Positions 25,301-34,873 are shown, counted from the whole stretch's first letter. The stretch: 63,999 bases of DNA, filler included, from an uncultured bacterium (GCA_964637655.1; 10 parts of 10 records of this genome joined end to end with filler, not necessarily neighbours in it); one strand, 5' to 3'. A program made the numbers and translations. Notes: generated by a model from the letters alone, not told the origin.

Positions 25301-26134
25301 GATGGCGATGGCATCGCCGTAACACGAGCCGTTATCCACGCCGTCATTGATGAGGTGATAGAGGAAATCGGGGCTCATGATGCGGTCATACGAACCGGTC
25401 GGCCGGATGTTGGTAAGATCCCAACCGGTGCTTGACAGGTCCCAGTCGTGCTCTTTCGCCTCCTGAAAGGTCTTGGTGTAGTAGCCGACCGCCCAGGTGA
25501 CACACGCCCCTTCTGTGTACTGGTTGCCGATGGGGGGAAACCATTTGGTCACGCTGTTATCGTGCGAGTCGGGCACACTGGCGATGTGCACGCCGTCCGG
25601 GAGCACCGCGGTGGCGAGACGCAACGTATCGCGCTGTGCCGCCCACTGCTCCTCCGTCGGCGGCTTCAACCCGGTGCCGTGGCCGTTCACGATGCGGTTG
25701 TAGTCGCGTCCTGCTTCTGCAGTACCAACCCGTGCGCGCAGTACCGCGAATTCCGCATCCGTGAGCGGGCGTACATCGAGCCGCGCCGTGCCGGCAATCA
25801 CCGTCTCCGGTACCGGTTCCGCCGCCGGGACAAGCAGCGCCGCGTGCGCGTCAACCACCCCGTGGCCGAAGATGTCGTCGCGCCCGGGCAGCCCCGCGTC
25901 GCGGGCCGAGGTCAGCAGCCGCGCGCAGAGCGCCGCGCTGCTCTCCCCGGGATACCGCGCCGCGCAGAGCGCCGCGATGCCGCTGACCACGGGGGCCGCC
26001 AGCGAGGTGCCGCTCGCCACCGCCCAGTCGCCGCCGCGCCGCGTCGTCTGCCGGTTGACTCCGGGCGCCGCGAGATCGCTGGCCGCGCCGAAATTGCTGA
26101 ACGTGGCGATGAGGTCATCGACTTGGTGTGACGC
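22334..26134 (-). CDS. Large multidomain protease: S8 C-terminus + C1A papain-like + beta-helix + FN3-like + dockerin-like (5' partial)
   Basis: FSNFG...DLAAPG...SGTSLAAP; GNQ-x4-ACVTWA, NHGNTVVGY, ANQWG; GDTVHVAAGTY; DITGDGRIDLDD. Confidence 0.82.
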   Translation of the reverse strand, partial: ASHQVDDLIATFSNFGAASDLAAPGVNRQTTRRGGDWAVASGTSLAAPVVSGIAALCAARYPGESSAALCARLLTSARDAGLPGRDDIFGHGVVDAHAALLVPAAEPVPETVIAGTARLDVRPLTDAEFAVLRARVGTAEAGRDYNRIVNGHGTGLKPPTEEQWAAQRDTLRLATAVLPDGVHIASVPDSHDNSVTKWFPPIGNQYTEGACVTWAVGYYTKTFQEAKEHDWDLSSTGWDLTNIRPTGSYDRIMSPDFLYHLINDGVDNGSCYGDAIAIIRDIGCATWQTMPYDVNTSDAWPGQGAWREAPLYRGSSSMITLPVNTDTGLTDLKTLLAGGNLAVIRVDADNYDTMTEYDFWTLDNYDTGPGPNHGNTVVGYSDTWGPYSEEGDTRYGAFKIANQWGTSSNWEHVHDGFVFISYAAMKRCFDEVYYFTDSLAYASRLLVTGNLSHTARDQVKLAVMCGDTTAPLADGRATFAWSGPVAMTDTFFALDATVLQPQLSSTDTVCLRVHDVATLGVGSVRNVALERYAVYDKEGVADTICYATDTGTIAMVNGCTVDVSMPLGSGVSVDTAGPNHWYIATTGDTGNSGLTAALPKRYLGTIFRGSANPSGHAMVSAGDTVHVAAGTYSETVSIDTDGISLSGAGLTTIIDALGGGCALHATHARLQLADMQVRNFAVAGVRLDGDSALVSGLDIRDGSGIGLWLAGSSGGSYAGLTLLQCDTGLALTGGAERNLLRNAYFGNHRAAAAGFTDASRNILYQCVFDSTMQYDVVFAGSSSEDTITVSHFTRPTASDSRVLNHTHSAHDLRRNQWYTSASVSTTSRTQIDSFTHGLGGDSLLVMPWRQTRIDTAAGADTIAPAAPDSFTVITTSSSCTFTWSAPSLDEDGRPRQGSVFRYARHRSTTPDPDDWYGSTGQGLGSATTWTDNSVTAGTTYYYRFSSRDYHYDYATSQSYFNVSWLSDTLTVYIPRATTLNIVAVTRAAADSIVLKGQADSIPVYVCVSNAGDSPAVLTSDTLVFTKSGSIVTDSFPALRAAGNPTLIPALGSDTLLYYVSIPQWTRSETIVISAYVAGYDSRSLQALADGSDSDATTGDTAYLVVADTEAPAAVAGISVRALGSGARFTWARPADSDWFGLRLLRRADTHPATCTDAAAVWTEVRVTDAACTAVADSGASDGTRYYYAVYAFDDAGHFTLCDTFTVLTDDITGDGRIDLDDVGALGAAYGGTAENCDLDPNGVSASVVDGADLNALSRGWNGYHGH

Positions 26135-26234
26135 NNNNNNNNNNNNNNNNNNNNNNNNNNNNNNNNNNNNNNNNNNNNTTAATTAATTAANNNNNNNNNN
26201 NNNNNNNNNNNNNNNNNNNNNNNNNNNNNNNNNN
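26135..26234. other. Artificial contig spacer
   Basis: N-run with linker. Confidence 0.98.
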
Positions 26235-26357
26235 CGCTGCTCTGGCCCGGCCGGGCGCCGTCGCCCGAAATCGCCGCCTTTGTCCTCGCCTCGGCAACCT
26301 TGCGTAACGTGACGGTGACCCGCCCGGCGGGACTGCGCCGCTACTTAGTGCAGGGTG

Positions 26358-27512
26358 ATGTCGCTGAAGATCGCGCTCGTCGTTCCACGCCGGGCGCCTG
26401 ACCTCGCGGGGGGCGCCGAGCGCCTCGCCCGCGAGTATGCCGCCGCCCTGCACCCCGCCCATGACCTTACTGTCCTGACCACCTGCGCGCGCGATCATGT
26501 CACCTGGCGCAACGAACTCCCGGCAGGCGAAACCACCGACGGCGGTATGCGGGTCATCCGTTTTCCGGTTGATGCGCGGGACAGCGAATGCTACGCGCAG
26601 CTGCAGCAGCGTATCGCGCGCGGTGAAACGCTCAGCGCCGAAGAAGAACGCGCGTGGCAGGCCAACGGCTGCGTCAGCAGTGCGCTGGTCGCGCATCTGC
26701 AGGCCACTGCCTACGACCGTAGTATCGGCATGCCCTACCTCTTCGGGGTGGTGCAGCAGGCGCTGCTCGTCGCCCCGGAAAAAGCAGTGCTTGTCCCCTG
26801 CCTGCATCCCGAGCCGCACGCGCAGCTCGGCCTCGTCCGCGACCTCTTTGCCCGCGCTGGCACCGTGCTCTTCAATGCGCCCGAGGAAAAGACCCTCGCG
26901 GAGGAGTACTACGGCGCGCTGCCGTCGTTCGGCGACGTCATCGGCATGGGGCTGGATTTCCAGCCTGACGCCCCGGACTTCCCCCCCCCCGCGGACTACC
27001 TCCTCTATCTCGGGCGGCTCGAGGCGGGCAAGGGAACCCACCTGCTGGCTGCGTATTTTCACGACTACTGCCGCGCGCACCCGGAGAGCGCGCTGCGCCT
27101 GGTCATGGCGGGTGGGGGCGATTTTCCGCGTTTCCCCGCGCTGGCCGGGCGGCTCGAGGTGCGCGGCTGGACCAGCGAGGCGGAGAAGGAGCAGCTCCTG
27201 CGCGGGGCGCTGGCGCTGGTGCAGCCCTCGGCACTCGAATCGCTCTCGATTGTCACGCTCGAAGCGTGGCGGCAGGCGCGCCCGGTGCTGGTCAACGGGC
27301 GCAGCGCGGTGCAGCGCGGCAATGTCGAGCGCTCGGGGGGCGGCCTCCACTACGACGACAGCGACACCTTCGGGCGCGCGCTGCACTGCCTGGCCACCCG
27401 CCCGGCGGAAGCGGCGGCCTGGGGGCGGCGCGGCTGGTCGTACCTGCGCCGCCACCACGACCCGTCACGCGTCGCGCAGCGCCTGCGTGACGCACTGGTC
27501 GCGCATGGATGA
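26358..27512 (+). CDS. Glycosyltransferase family 4
   Basis: GGAE, YLGRLEAGKG, PSALESLSIVTLEA. Confidence 0.9.
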   Translation: MSLKIALVVPRRAPDLAGGAERLAREYAAALHPAHDLTVLTTCARDHVTWRNELPAGETTDGGMRVIRFPVDARDSECYAQLQQRIARGETLSAEEERAWQANGCVSSALVAHLQATAYDRSIGMPYLFGVVQQALLVAPEKAVLVPCLHPEPHAQLGLVRDLFARAGTVLFNAPEEKTLAEEYYGALPSFGDVIGMGLDFQPDAPDFPPPADYLLYLGRLEAGKGTHLLAAYFHDYCRAHPESALRLVMAGGGDFPRFPALAGRLEVRGWTSEAEKEQLLRGALALVQPSALESLSIVTLEAWRQARPVLVNGRSAVQRGNVERSGGGLHYDDSDTFGRALHCLATRPAEAAAWGRRGWSYLRRHHDPSRVAQRLRDALVAHG

Positions 27513-28440
27513 ACCGGCCGCCTACGTCGCGCTTTCCGCGACGGGCGAACTGCCGCGCCGCGCGGAGGCGGCCATGGCGCGCCTGCGCGCCTGCGACCTC
27601 TGCCCGCGCCGCTGCGGCGTCGACCGCACCGCCGGGCAGACCGGCTACTGCCGCGCCCCGGCCGATCTGGTCATCGCCAGCGACACCCTGCATTTCGGGG
27701 AGGAGCCGCCCGTCACCGGCACCGGTGGCTCGGGAACGGTCTTTGTCGCGCATTGCGCGCTGCGCTGCTGTTTCTGCCAGAACTGGCCCTTCAGCCATCG
27801 CGGGCATGGCGAGACGGTCACGGTGCCCGAACTGGCGAAGCGCCTGCTGCGCCTGCAGCAGCGCGGCGCGCACAATCTCAACTTCGTCAATCCCACGCAC
27901 TACCTGCCGCAACTGCTTTCCGCGCTGGCGCTCGCCGCGCCGCAGGGACTGACCATCCCTGTCGTCTGGAACTGCAGCGGCTACGAGGCGGTCGATGCGC
28001 TGCAGCTGCTCGACGGTATCGTCGATATCTATCTGCCCGACGCCAAGCATGCCACGGCTGCTTCCGCGCAGGCCTGCTGCGGGACCCCCGACTACCCGGA
28101 GGTCAATCGCGCGGCGCTGCGCGAGATGTGGCGGCAGGCCGGGAAACTCCGCTGCGACGACGACGGCATCGCCGTGCGCGGCCTGATCGTCCGCCATCTC
28201 GTGCTCCCCGACGGACTCTCTGACACGCGCGCGGTGCTCCGCTGGCTGCATGACGACCTCTCGCCCGACGTCTATCTCGCGCTCATGTCGCAGTATTTCC
28301 CGGCGCACACCGCGACCGATCACCCGCGCCTCGGGCGGCGGGTCAGCGCGGCGGAGTATCAGGACGCGCTCGACGCGCTGGCGGAACTCGACTTCACCGA
28401 TGGCATGGCGCAGCCGGCGCCGGACGACGATGAACCTTGA
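27505..28440 (+). CDS. PflX-like radical SAM protein
   Basis: CDLCPRRCGVDR, HFGEEPP, CALRCCFCQN, DIYLPD, RHLVLP, MSQYFP. Confidence 0.88.
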   Translation: MDEPAAYVALSATGELPRRAEAAMARLRACDLCPRRCGVDRTAGQTGYCRAPADLVIASDTLHFGEEPPVTGTGGSGTVFVAHCALRCCFCQNWPFSHRGHGETVTVPELAKRLLRLQQRGAHNLNFVNPTHYLPQLLSALALAAPQGLTIPVVWNCSGYEAVDALQLLDGIVDIYLPDAKHATAASAQACCGTPDYPEVNRAALREMWRQAGKLRCDDDGIAVRGLIVRHLVLPDGLSDTRAVLRWLHDDLSPDVYLALMSQYFPAHTATDHPRLGRRVSAAEYQDALDALAELDFTDGMAQPAPDDDEP

Positions 28441-28465
28441 CAGGCGCAGCCGAAACACCTATAGT
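28437..28465 (+). promoter_or_regulatory. sigma70 promoter, near-leaderless
   Basis: TTGACA-N17-TATAGT, 9 nt before ATG 28475. Confidence 0.75.
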
Positions 28466-28474
28466 AACGCACCT

Positions 28475-30418
28475 ATGCTGAGCGTGCTGCGTGTCGTTGC
28501 CGCGTTAGGGTGTCTGCTGCTGCTGGCGTCCGCGGTCTGCGCGGACGATGCGGAACGCTACTACCAGGCCAACCAGGCCTACTGGAACGGCAAGTACACC
28601 AGCGCCATCGACATCTACCGTAACATCCTGCGCGACAACCCGCGCACGGAACTCCGTCCGCGCCTCTATTTCTCCATCGCCAGCGCCTACGTCGAACTCG
28701 ACGATTACGAGAAGGCGACCGGGTGGTACGAGAAACTGCTGACCGAAGAACAGCCGCCCGACGAACTGCGCACCGACGCGATGTTCCGCCTCGGGCAGTG
28801 CTATTTCCAGACGGGCGACTTCCAGCGCTGCGGGGCCGTGCTCGATGAACTGCTGGCAAAGTACGCGAACTCGCTCGTCTCCGCGCGTGCGTCGCTGCTG
28901 CTCGACCAGGCGCGCGAACGCGGCTATGTGGCCGGGGTGACCCCGTCAACCCGCCCGTCGCGCCCGGAGACGCCGCCACAGCCGGTGCAGCCCGTGCGCC
29001 CGGTCCAGCCGGTGCGCCCGGTCCAGCCGCAGCAGCCCGAGGCGGGGCAGCAGCAGACGCCGCGCGTGGCCGAGCATGTCGTTCGCCCGGGGGAAACGCT
29101 CACCGGCATCGCCGTCGCCGTCTATGGCGACGCGGGGCGCTGGCTCGACATCGCGCAGGCGAACGGCATCGGGGCGCCCTACACGCTGATTGTCGGGCAG
29201 CGACTGCGCATGCCGGGCGCGACGGCGCCCGAGGTACCGGTAGCCCCGGTACAGCCGCCGCGGCCCGTGCCCGTACCCGTACTGCCGGACCCGGTGACCA
29301 TCCCCGCCGTCAGTCAGCAGGCGTCGGAGGTGCTCGTTGCCTCGCTGCGCGACGAGATCCGCCGCCTGCGCGAGCAGCAGCAGCAGCTGGGTGAGCGCCT
29401 GCGCGAGGAAACGCTGCGTGCCGACCAGGCGGAAGGCCTGCTGCGCGCGCAGCAGGACGCCGCGCAGCAGCAGCGGGTCGACCGCGAAGAAGCGGTGGCG
29501 GCGGCGCGCGCGGAAGCGCGCGGGCAGCTGACCGAACTCGAAGCCGAACTCACGGCGCGTGACGAACTGCTGACGCGCACGCGGCACGCCTTTGATGCGC
29601 TCCACCTGCGCTACCAGGAACTGGAAAACCTGTTGCAGCGGCAGGAGCAGCAGGTATCGTCGCACACGCAGCTCAACGAGAGCGTGGTGCGCAAGCTCAA
29701 GGAACTGCAGCAGCAGGTGGACGACCTGACGGCGGCACTCGAACGCACGAAGGCCGCGGCCGAGGCGCGCACGACCCAGCTGACCCAGAGCAGCGACCAG
29801 CGCATTGCCGCGCTGACCGATGCCCTGCAGCGGGCGGAGGCGGAGCGCACCGCGCTGCAGCGCGAGACGACGGAACTGCGCCTCGCGCGCGAGCAGCTCG
29901 AAAGCCGCCTGCGGCAGCTGCAGGAGACGGCGGACGCCACGCAACTGGCGGTATCGCTCGTCGAACAGGGGCGGCGGCTGCGGCAGGATGGCGACCTCAC
30001 CGCGGCGATGGCGCTCTACCGCCAGGCGCTGGCGAAGGACCCGCGCGCCGCGGATGCGCTCAACGGCCTCGCCTATGTCTACGCCGAACTGGGTGACTCG
30101 CTGGCCGAGGCGAAGAACCTCGTTGCCGCCGCCATCGAGCAGAACCCGCAGGCGAAGGGCTACTCCCTCGACACGCTCGGCTGGGTCTATTACCGCGAGG
30201 GAAACCACCAGCAGGCGGTGCGCACGCTCACCCAGGCGCTGCCGCTGCTCCCGCCTGCCGACCGCGCCGCGCGCGCGGTGGTCAGTTTCCACCTCGGGCT
30301 CGCCTACATGAAACTCGAGCTGCGTGACAAGGCGTTCTTCGCGTTCATCGACACCGTCAACCTCGCCCCGGGAAGCACCTACGCGAACGAGGCGCAGGGC
30401 TATCTCTCCCGGCTGTAA
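28475..30418 (+). CDS. Exported TPR (BamD/CpoB-like) - LysM - coiled-coil - TPR protein
   Basis: Signal peptide, N-terminal TPRs, HVVRPGETLTGIA...IAQAN LysM, long coiled coil, LNGLAY/DTLGWVYY TPRs. Confidence 0.82.
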   Translation: MLSVLRVVAALGCLLLLASAVCADDAERYYQANQAYWNGKYTSAIDIYRNILRDNPRTELRPRLYFSIASAYVELDDYEKATGWYEKLLTEEQPPDELRTDAMFRLGQCYFQTGDFQRCGAVLDELLAKYANSLVSARASLLLDQARERGYVAGVTPSTRPSRPETPPQPVQPVRPVQPVRPVQPQQPEAGQQQTPRVAEHVVRPGETLTGIAVAVYGDAGRWLDIAQANGIGAPYTLIVGQRLRMPGATAPEVPVAPVQPPRPVPVPVLPDPVTIPAVSQQASEVLVASLRDEIRRLREQQQQLGERLREETLRADQAEGLLRAQQDAAQQQRVDREEAVAAARAEARGQLTELEAELTARDELLTRTRHAFDALHLRYQELENLLQRQEQQVSSHTQLNESVVRKLKELQQQVDDLTAALERTKAAAEARTTQLTQSSDQRIAALTDALQRAEAERTALQRETTELRLAREQLESRLRQLQETADATQLAVSLVEQGRRLRQDGDLTAAMALYRQALAKDPRAADALNGLAYVYAELGDSLAEAKNLVAAAIEQNPQAKGYSLDTLGWVYYREGNHQQAVRTLTQALPLLPPADRAARAVVSFHLGLAYMKLELRDKAFFAFIDTVNLAPGSTYANEAQGYLSRL

Positions 30419-30439
30419 CCTGTCGCGACCCTTCCCGCC

Positions 30440-31543
30440 ATGTCACTGCGCCGCATCCTGCTGACCGGGGGCGGCACCGGCGGGCATATCTTCCCCCTCG
30501 TCGCCATCGCCCAGGAACTGCGCGCACGCGGCCTGACTCAGCATATCGCCTGGGCGGGTCGTCCGCAGGGGATGGAGCGCGACCTCGTCGCCGGCTATGC
30601 GTGGCCGTATTATGCCGTGGCTGCCACGCCGTTGCGCCGCGGCGAAGCGCTTGGCCTGCCGCGCGCCGCGTGGCGCAATGCTGCGGGGGTGCTGCAGGCG
30701 GTGAAACTCCTCGGGCAGCTGCGCCCGGACCTTGTCATCGGCAGCGGCGGCTACGTCTCCGCGCCGGTCTATGCCGCGGCGCGCCTGCGCGGCATTCCCT
30801 ATGTCCTGCTCGAGAGCAATGCCGTGCTTGGGGTCGCCAACCGCTGGTTTGCCGACGGCGCCCGCGCCATCTTTGCCGCCTTCCCGCTGCGCGGGAAACA
30901 GCCGCGCGCCCCGCTCTTTGTCACGGGCAATCCCGTGCGGCGCGAATTTATGACGGACACACCGGCCCCGCTCCCCGACGCGTGGCGCGGCAAACCGCTG
31001 CTGCTCGTCACCGGCGGCAGCCAGGGCGCGGCCATCCTCAATCGCTGTCTCGCGGAGCAGGTGGACGCGCTGCATGACGCGTATCCCGATCTGCGCCTCG
31101 TGCTGGTGGCCGGGACGCGCGAGGCGGAGGCGCTGCAGCAGCGCCTCGCGGGGCGCGACTGGCTGCAGGTGCTCCCGTTCACGCGCGAACTTCCCGCGCT
31201 GCTGCGCGCGGCATCCTTAGTCGTCTCGCGCGCCGGGGCGATGACATTGTGCGAACTCGCCTTCTGCGGCGTGCCCGCCGTGCTTGTGCCGCTGCCGAGC
31301 GCGGCGGAAGACCACCAGAGCGAGAATGCGCGCGCGTTTGCCGCTGACGGTCGCGCCATGGTCGTCGCGCAGCGCCCGGGCGACGACGCGGCGACCGTGG
31401 CCGCGCTCGCTGACGCACTGATGCGCGCGCTGTCGTCTGCCACCCTCACCGCGATGCGTACGGCGGCGCAGAGCGGGGCCGGCCACAACCCCGCCACCGC
31501 CATCGCCGACGAACTCGCCCGTCTGTTTCCCGACGGCGTCTGA
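30440..31543 (+). CDS. murG: Lipid II GlcNAc transferase MurG
   Basis: GGGTGGHIFP, GGYVS, GNPVR, GGSQGA, SRAGA, HQ. Confidence 0.95.
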   Translation: MSLRRILLTGGGTGGHIFPLVAIAQELRARGLTQHIAWAGRPQGMERDLVAGYAWPYYAVAATPLRRGEALGLPRAAWRNAAGVLQAVKLLGQLRPDLVIGSGGYVSAPVYAAARLRGIPYVLLESNAVLGVANRWFADGARAIFAAFPLRGKQPRAPLFVTGNPVRREFMTDTPAPLPDAWRGKPLLLVTGGSQGAAILNRCLAEQVDALHDAYPDLRLVLVAGTREAEALQQRLAGRDWLQVLPFTRELPALLRAASLVVSRAGAMTLCELAFCGVPAVLVPLPSAAEDHQSENARAFAADGRAMVVAQRPGDDAATVAALADALMRALSSATLTAMRTAAQSGAGHNPATAIADELARLFPDGV

Positions 31544-31604
31544 CCCGCGTCGCTGTCGCCGCCGGAGTCCCTGTTAGTATACACGTTGCGCAATAACTCC
31601 GCGC

Positions 31605-31633
31605 CTGTTATTACGCTCAGCGCGTAATAACAG
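31605..31633. repeat. 12-bp inverted repeat at the GC boundary before the TA module
   Basis: ctgttattacgc-tcagc-gcgtaataacag. Confidence 0.75.
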
Positions 31634-31678
31634 CGGGCCTGACATCCTGTGGGCTTGTCTGATTCGCTAAAAAACCAC

Positions 31679-31706
31679 TTGACAATATATATAATAATGG
31701 TATAAT
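31679..31706 (+). promoter_or_regulatory. Consensus sigma70 promoter of brnTA
   Basis: TTGACA-N16-TATAAT with extended TG, 9 nt before the ATG. Confidence 0.85.
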
Positions 31707-31715
31707 AAATACACC

Positions 31716-31976
31716 ATGGAATTTGAATCTGACGAAAACAAGAACCGGACCAACAAGGCGAAACACGGGATTGATTTTGTCGCAGCACAAGCCCTGTGGG
31801 ATGATGTTGATTTGCTCGAAATCCCGGCGTTGACCGAGGAAGAACCGAGAATGATTATAATTGGAAAAATCAACGATCAACATTGGTCGGCCATCATTAC
31901 TCATCGGCAAAATCGAATACGGATTATTTCGGTTCGACGATCGAGTAAAGAAGAGCGTGAACTTTATGAAAGCTAA
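31716..31976 (+). CDS. brnT: BrnT-family toxin
   Basis: MEFE-D--K---N--KHGIDF, R---IG, RIRIISVRR; low GC. Confidence 0.9.
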   Translation: MEFESDENKNRTNKAKHGIDFVAAQALWDDVDLLEIPALTEEEPRMIIIGKINDQHWSAIITHRQNRIRIISVRRSSKEERELYES

Positions 31977-32193
31977 AGAATTTGATAAGCGATTCGATAA
32001 TGGCGAAGATGTGTCCAAGCATCTTGACCTCACACGGGCCAGGCGGGTCAATCAACAGGCAAAACGTGTAAACGTTGACTTCCCGCACTGGATGATCCAT
32101 TCCCTTGACAAGGAAGCCAGACGTCTCGGCGTAACTCGTCAATCCGTCATCAAGGTTTGGATTTCTGAAAGGTTAAAGCGAAAATCCGCCTGA
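31966..32193 (+). CDS. brnA: BrnA/CopG-like ribbon-helix-helix antitoxin
   Basis: EFDKRFDNGED, RVNVDFP, LDKEARRLGVTRQSVIK; overlaps the toxin stop. Confidence 0.85.
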   Translation: MKAKEFDKRFDNGEDVSKHLDLTRARRVNQQAKRVNVDFPHWMIHSLDKEARRLGVTRQSVIKVWISERLKRKSA

Positions 32194-32431
32194 ACGCGGC
32201 GAGATGATTGCCCGACAAGCGAACTTCGCGCTGCTGTGCGCCGTCGCCTGTGGCGGCAGCACGCAGAGCGTTCATCGTACCGTAGACACTTCCCTGCCTT
32301 AGATAACGACGCTGCATCAGGATGCTTCCTCCCGGGCGGCCGCCAGGCAACAGCGGCAGGCGGCGGTGCGCGCCGTGAGGCGCGTTGACCTGCCGCGCGC
32401 CCCTGTGCTACGGTAGGGTGTGGAGGCGACG

Positions 32432-32672
32432 ATGAGCGGCACAGAACAGATACTTCAGGATAATCATTTCCGCGCGGAGGTCTTCGCGCGGCTGCAGGAT
32501 GCCTGCCGGCGCGGGGAACTGAGCGCGGCGAGCAACGTGCTGCAGGCATCGCTCGCCCCGCTGCGCGACGGCGATGTCACGCAGCTGCCGGAAGGAGAAG
32601 CGGCGGCGGCGCTGGCGCGGCGCGGCAGCGCGGCAATCGCTGCGGGGCAGGTGGCGGTGCTGGTGCTCAACG
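32432..32672 (+). CDS. UDP-sugar pyrophosphorylase (UDPGP type 1) family, N-terminal fragment
   Basis: GGAGG RBS; G--AIAAGQVAVLVLNG at the contig end. Confidence 0.65.
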
Positions 32673-32772
32673 NNNNNNNNNNNNNNNNNNNNNNNNNNNN
32701 NNNNNNNNNNNNNNNNTTAATTAATTAANNNNNNNNNNNNNNNNNNNNNNNNNNNNNNNNNNNNNNNNNNNN
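32673..32772. other. Artificial contig spacer
   Basis: N-run with linker. Confidence 0.98.
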
Positions 32773-34873
32773 CGCCGAAGCCGACGTCGGCGGTCAGCGC
32801 GCAGCTGACATGCGGGTCGCCCGCGTCGGGAAGCGCCCAGCGCACCGCCTGCTCCCAGAAGCGCGTGTAGCCGTTCCACCCGGGCCACGCCTGCGCCCAG
32901 CGCGACCCGGCATCGGAGGCGAAGGCAACCGACTTGCCCAGCCCGCTGCGGATGGCGGTCAGCAGCGGGTCGTCCTTGTCGGTGGTGAGCAGCACATCCG
33001 CCTGCGGCTTGGGCGAGGTGCCGACATAGCCGAGGAGTTGCGGCAGCGCGGCGGCGTCGAGCCCGCGCAGGATGTCGTGCGTGCGCCCGGGGACCGGGGT
33101 GAAGGGCTCCTCGATAATTGCCTTCTTGACCGCCAGCAGCGTCTCGCGCGTGAAGATGCGCGGGATATCGGCGATTTCGCGCGTGACGTAGGCGCGGCCG
33201 CCGCCGGCATCAGCCATCTCCTGCATGAGTTGCACATTGGCGTCGCTGCCGATGGAGACCGAGGTGACGGAAATCCCCGCTGCACGCATGGCGGTGGCGA
33301 TGCCGATATGGTCGCCCCCCGCGGTACAGCCGTCGGAGAGCATGATGACGTGCTTGTTCATCGCCGGGATGGAGTCGAGCCACTCGCGTGCCTTCTGCAG
33401 CGAGGGGAATAGGTTGGTGCCGCCCCCCGGCTGCAGCGCGCCGATGGCGTCGCTGACGCGGCTGACGGAATTGAGCGGGCCGAAGGGGACAACCTCAAAG
33501 GCGGCATCATCGAAGCCGAGCACGCCGATGTAGTCGCCCGGGGCGAGCAGTTCCGCGGTGAGCACTGCGCCCTTCTTGGCAAGTTCCAGCTTGGTCAGCC
33601 CGTTTTCGGTCATGCACATCGAACCCGACTTGTCGATGCAGAAGACGAGCGCGGAAGCGGGCATTTCGCGGCGGTTGCGCAGGTCCATCGTCACCGGCAG
33701 GACTTCCTCGACCGGGGTGCGGTAGTAGCCGCCGGGACCGAAACTCTGCGGCCCGCCGAGCATGAGCAGCCCGCCGCCGCCGTCGCGCACGTAGGCGCGC
33801 AGGTTCTCCATGCCGCGGTTGCCGATATCGGTTGCCGGGATATTGGCGAGGATGACGGCATCGTAGGCGCGCAGGTCGCGCAGGGTGGGGGGGAGCGCGG
33901 TGCCGGCGGTGGTGTTGACCCCGAATTTCGCCACGGCGAGCGCGCGCGCGACCCCGTCCGCCTCGGCGGCGGCATCAGCAACGATGAGCACGCGCGGCGG
34001 CCCGTCCGCCTGCACGAACGCCTCGCGGGTATTGTTCTGCGGCACGGCATCGCCCTGCGTCTCGACCTGCGCGCGGAAGTGGTGGAAACCCGGTTCCGTG
34101 ACGGTGAGCGGCAGCGCCGCGGCGACCTCGCCGCCACCCGCGTGCGGGAAACGGTAGCGGTCAATGAGCGCGCCGTCACGGTAGAGCGAGAGGACGAGGG
34201 TGTCGGGACGCGCGCTGTGGATGACGACGCGCGCTTCGAAGGGCTGGTCGACGCGCGCCTGGCGCGGCAGGTCGAAGCCGCTGAGCGCGGCGAGGTCGCC
34301 GGCGCGCGCGGGGAGCGGCAGCAGGTCGAGTTCGGCACCGGCAGCAAGCAGTTCCTCCGCGGCGGCGGCCGCGTCGCCGCGGTTCTCGCGTCCGTCGCTG
34401 ATAAGCACGAGTCGCGCACCGTAGCCGCGCGGGACGAGCGAGGCGGCGAGGCGCAGCGCGTCGGCCGGGTTGCTCGCCTCGGCATTGAGCGTGCGGCGGT
34501 CGACCGGCATGGTGGTGCGCCCGGGCGCCTTGAGCACCAGCGCGCGGTCGCCGAAGACGACGGTGCCGTAGAGTGCGGACGGGGGCATGGCGGCGGCGGC
34601 GCGGCGGATGGCGTGCTCCGCGGCGGCGGCGGCGCGCGGATCGGCGCTCAGCGACTGGTCGAGCACAAAGACGGTGCAGAGGTCGGTGCGCGGCTGGTCC
34701 CAACGCAGGCCGGCGGCGGCGACAATGAGCAGCGCCAGCAGCACGAGGCGCAGCCAGAACGAAGCGCGGCGACGCGCCGGGGCGAGCGCGGTGAAGGTGT
34801 GGCGGTGCAGCCAGAGCATGAGCGGCACGAGCAGGAAGAGGAGCAGGAAGAGGGGGCGAGAAAAGGCGATCAT
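32773..34873 (-). CDS. Membrane-anchored double-vWA protein with a GATase-like domain (3' partial)
   Basis: DQSLS and DKSGS MIDAS motifs, SDG, GGGLLMLGG. Confidence 0.85.

Noticed and set aside
26981-26990. C10 homopolymer in the GT4 gene as a phase-variation tract
   Set aside because: It is in frame and encodes FPPP in a very GC-rich genome; there is no evidence of slippage without reads.
28975-29035. 18-nt tandem repeat
   Set aside because: It encodes a PVQPVR linker within a CDS.
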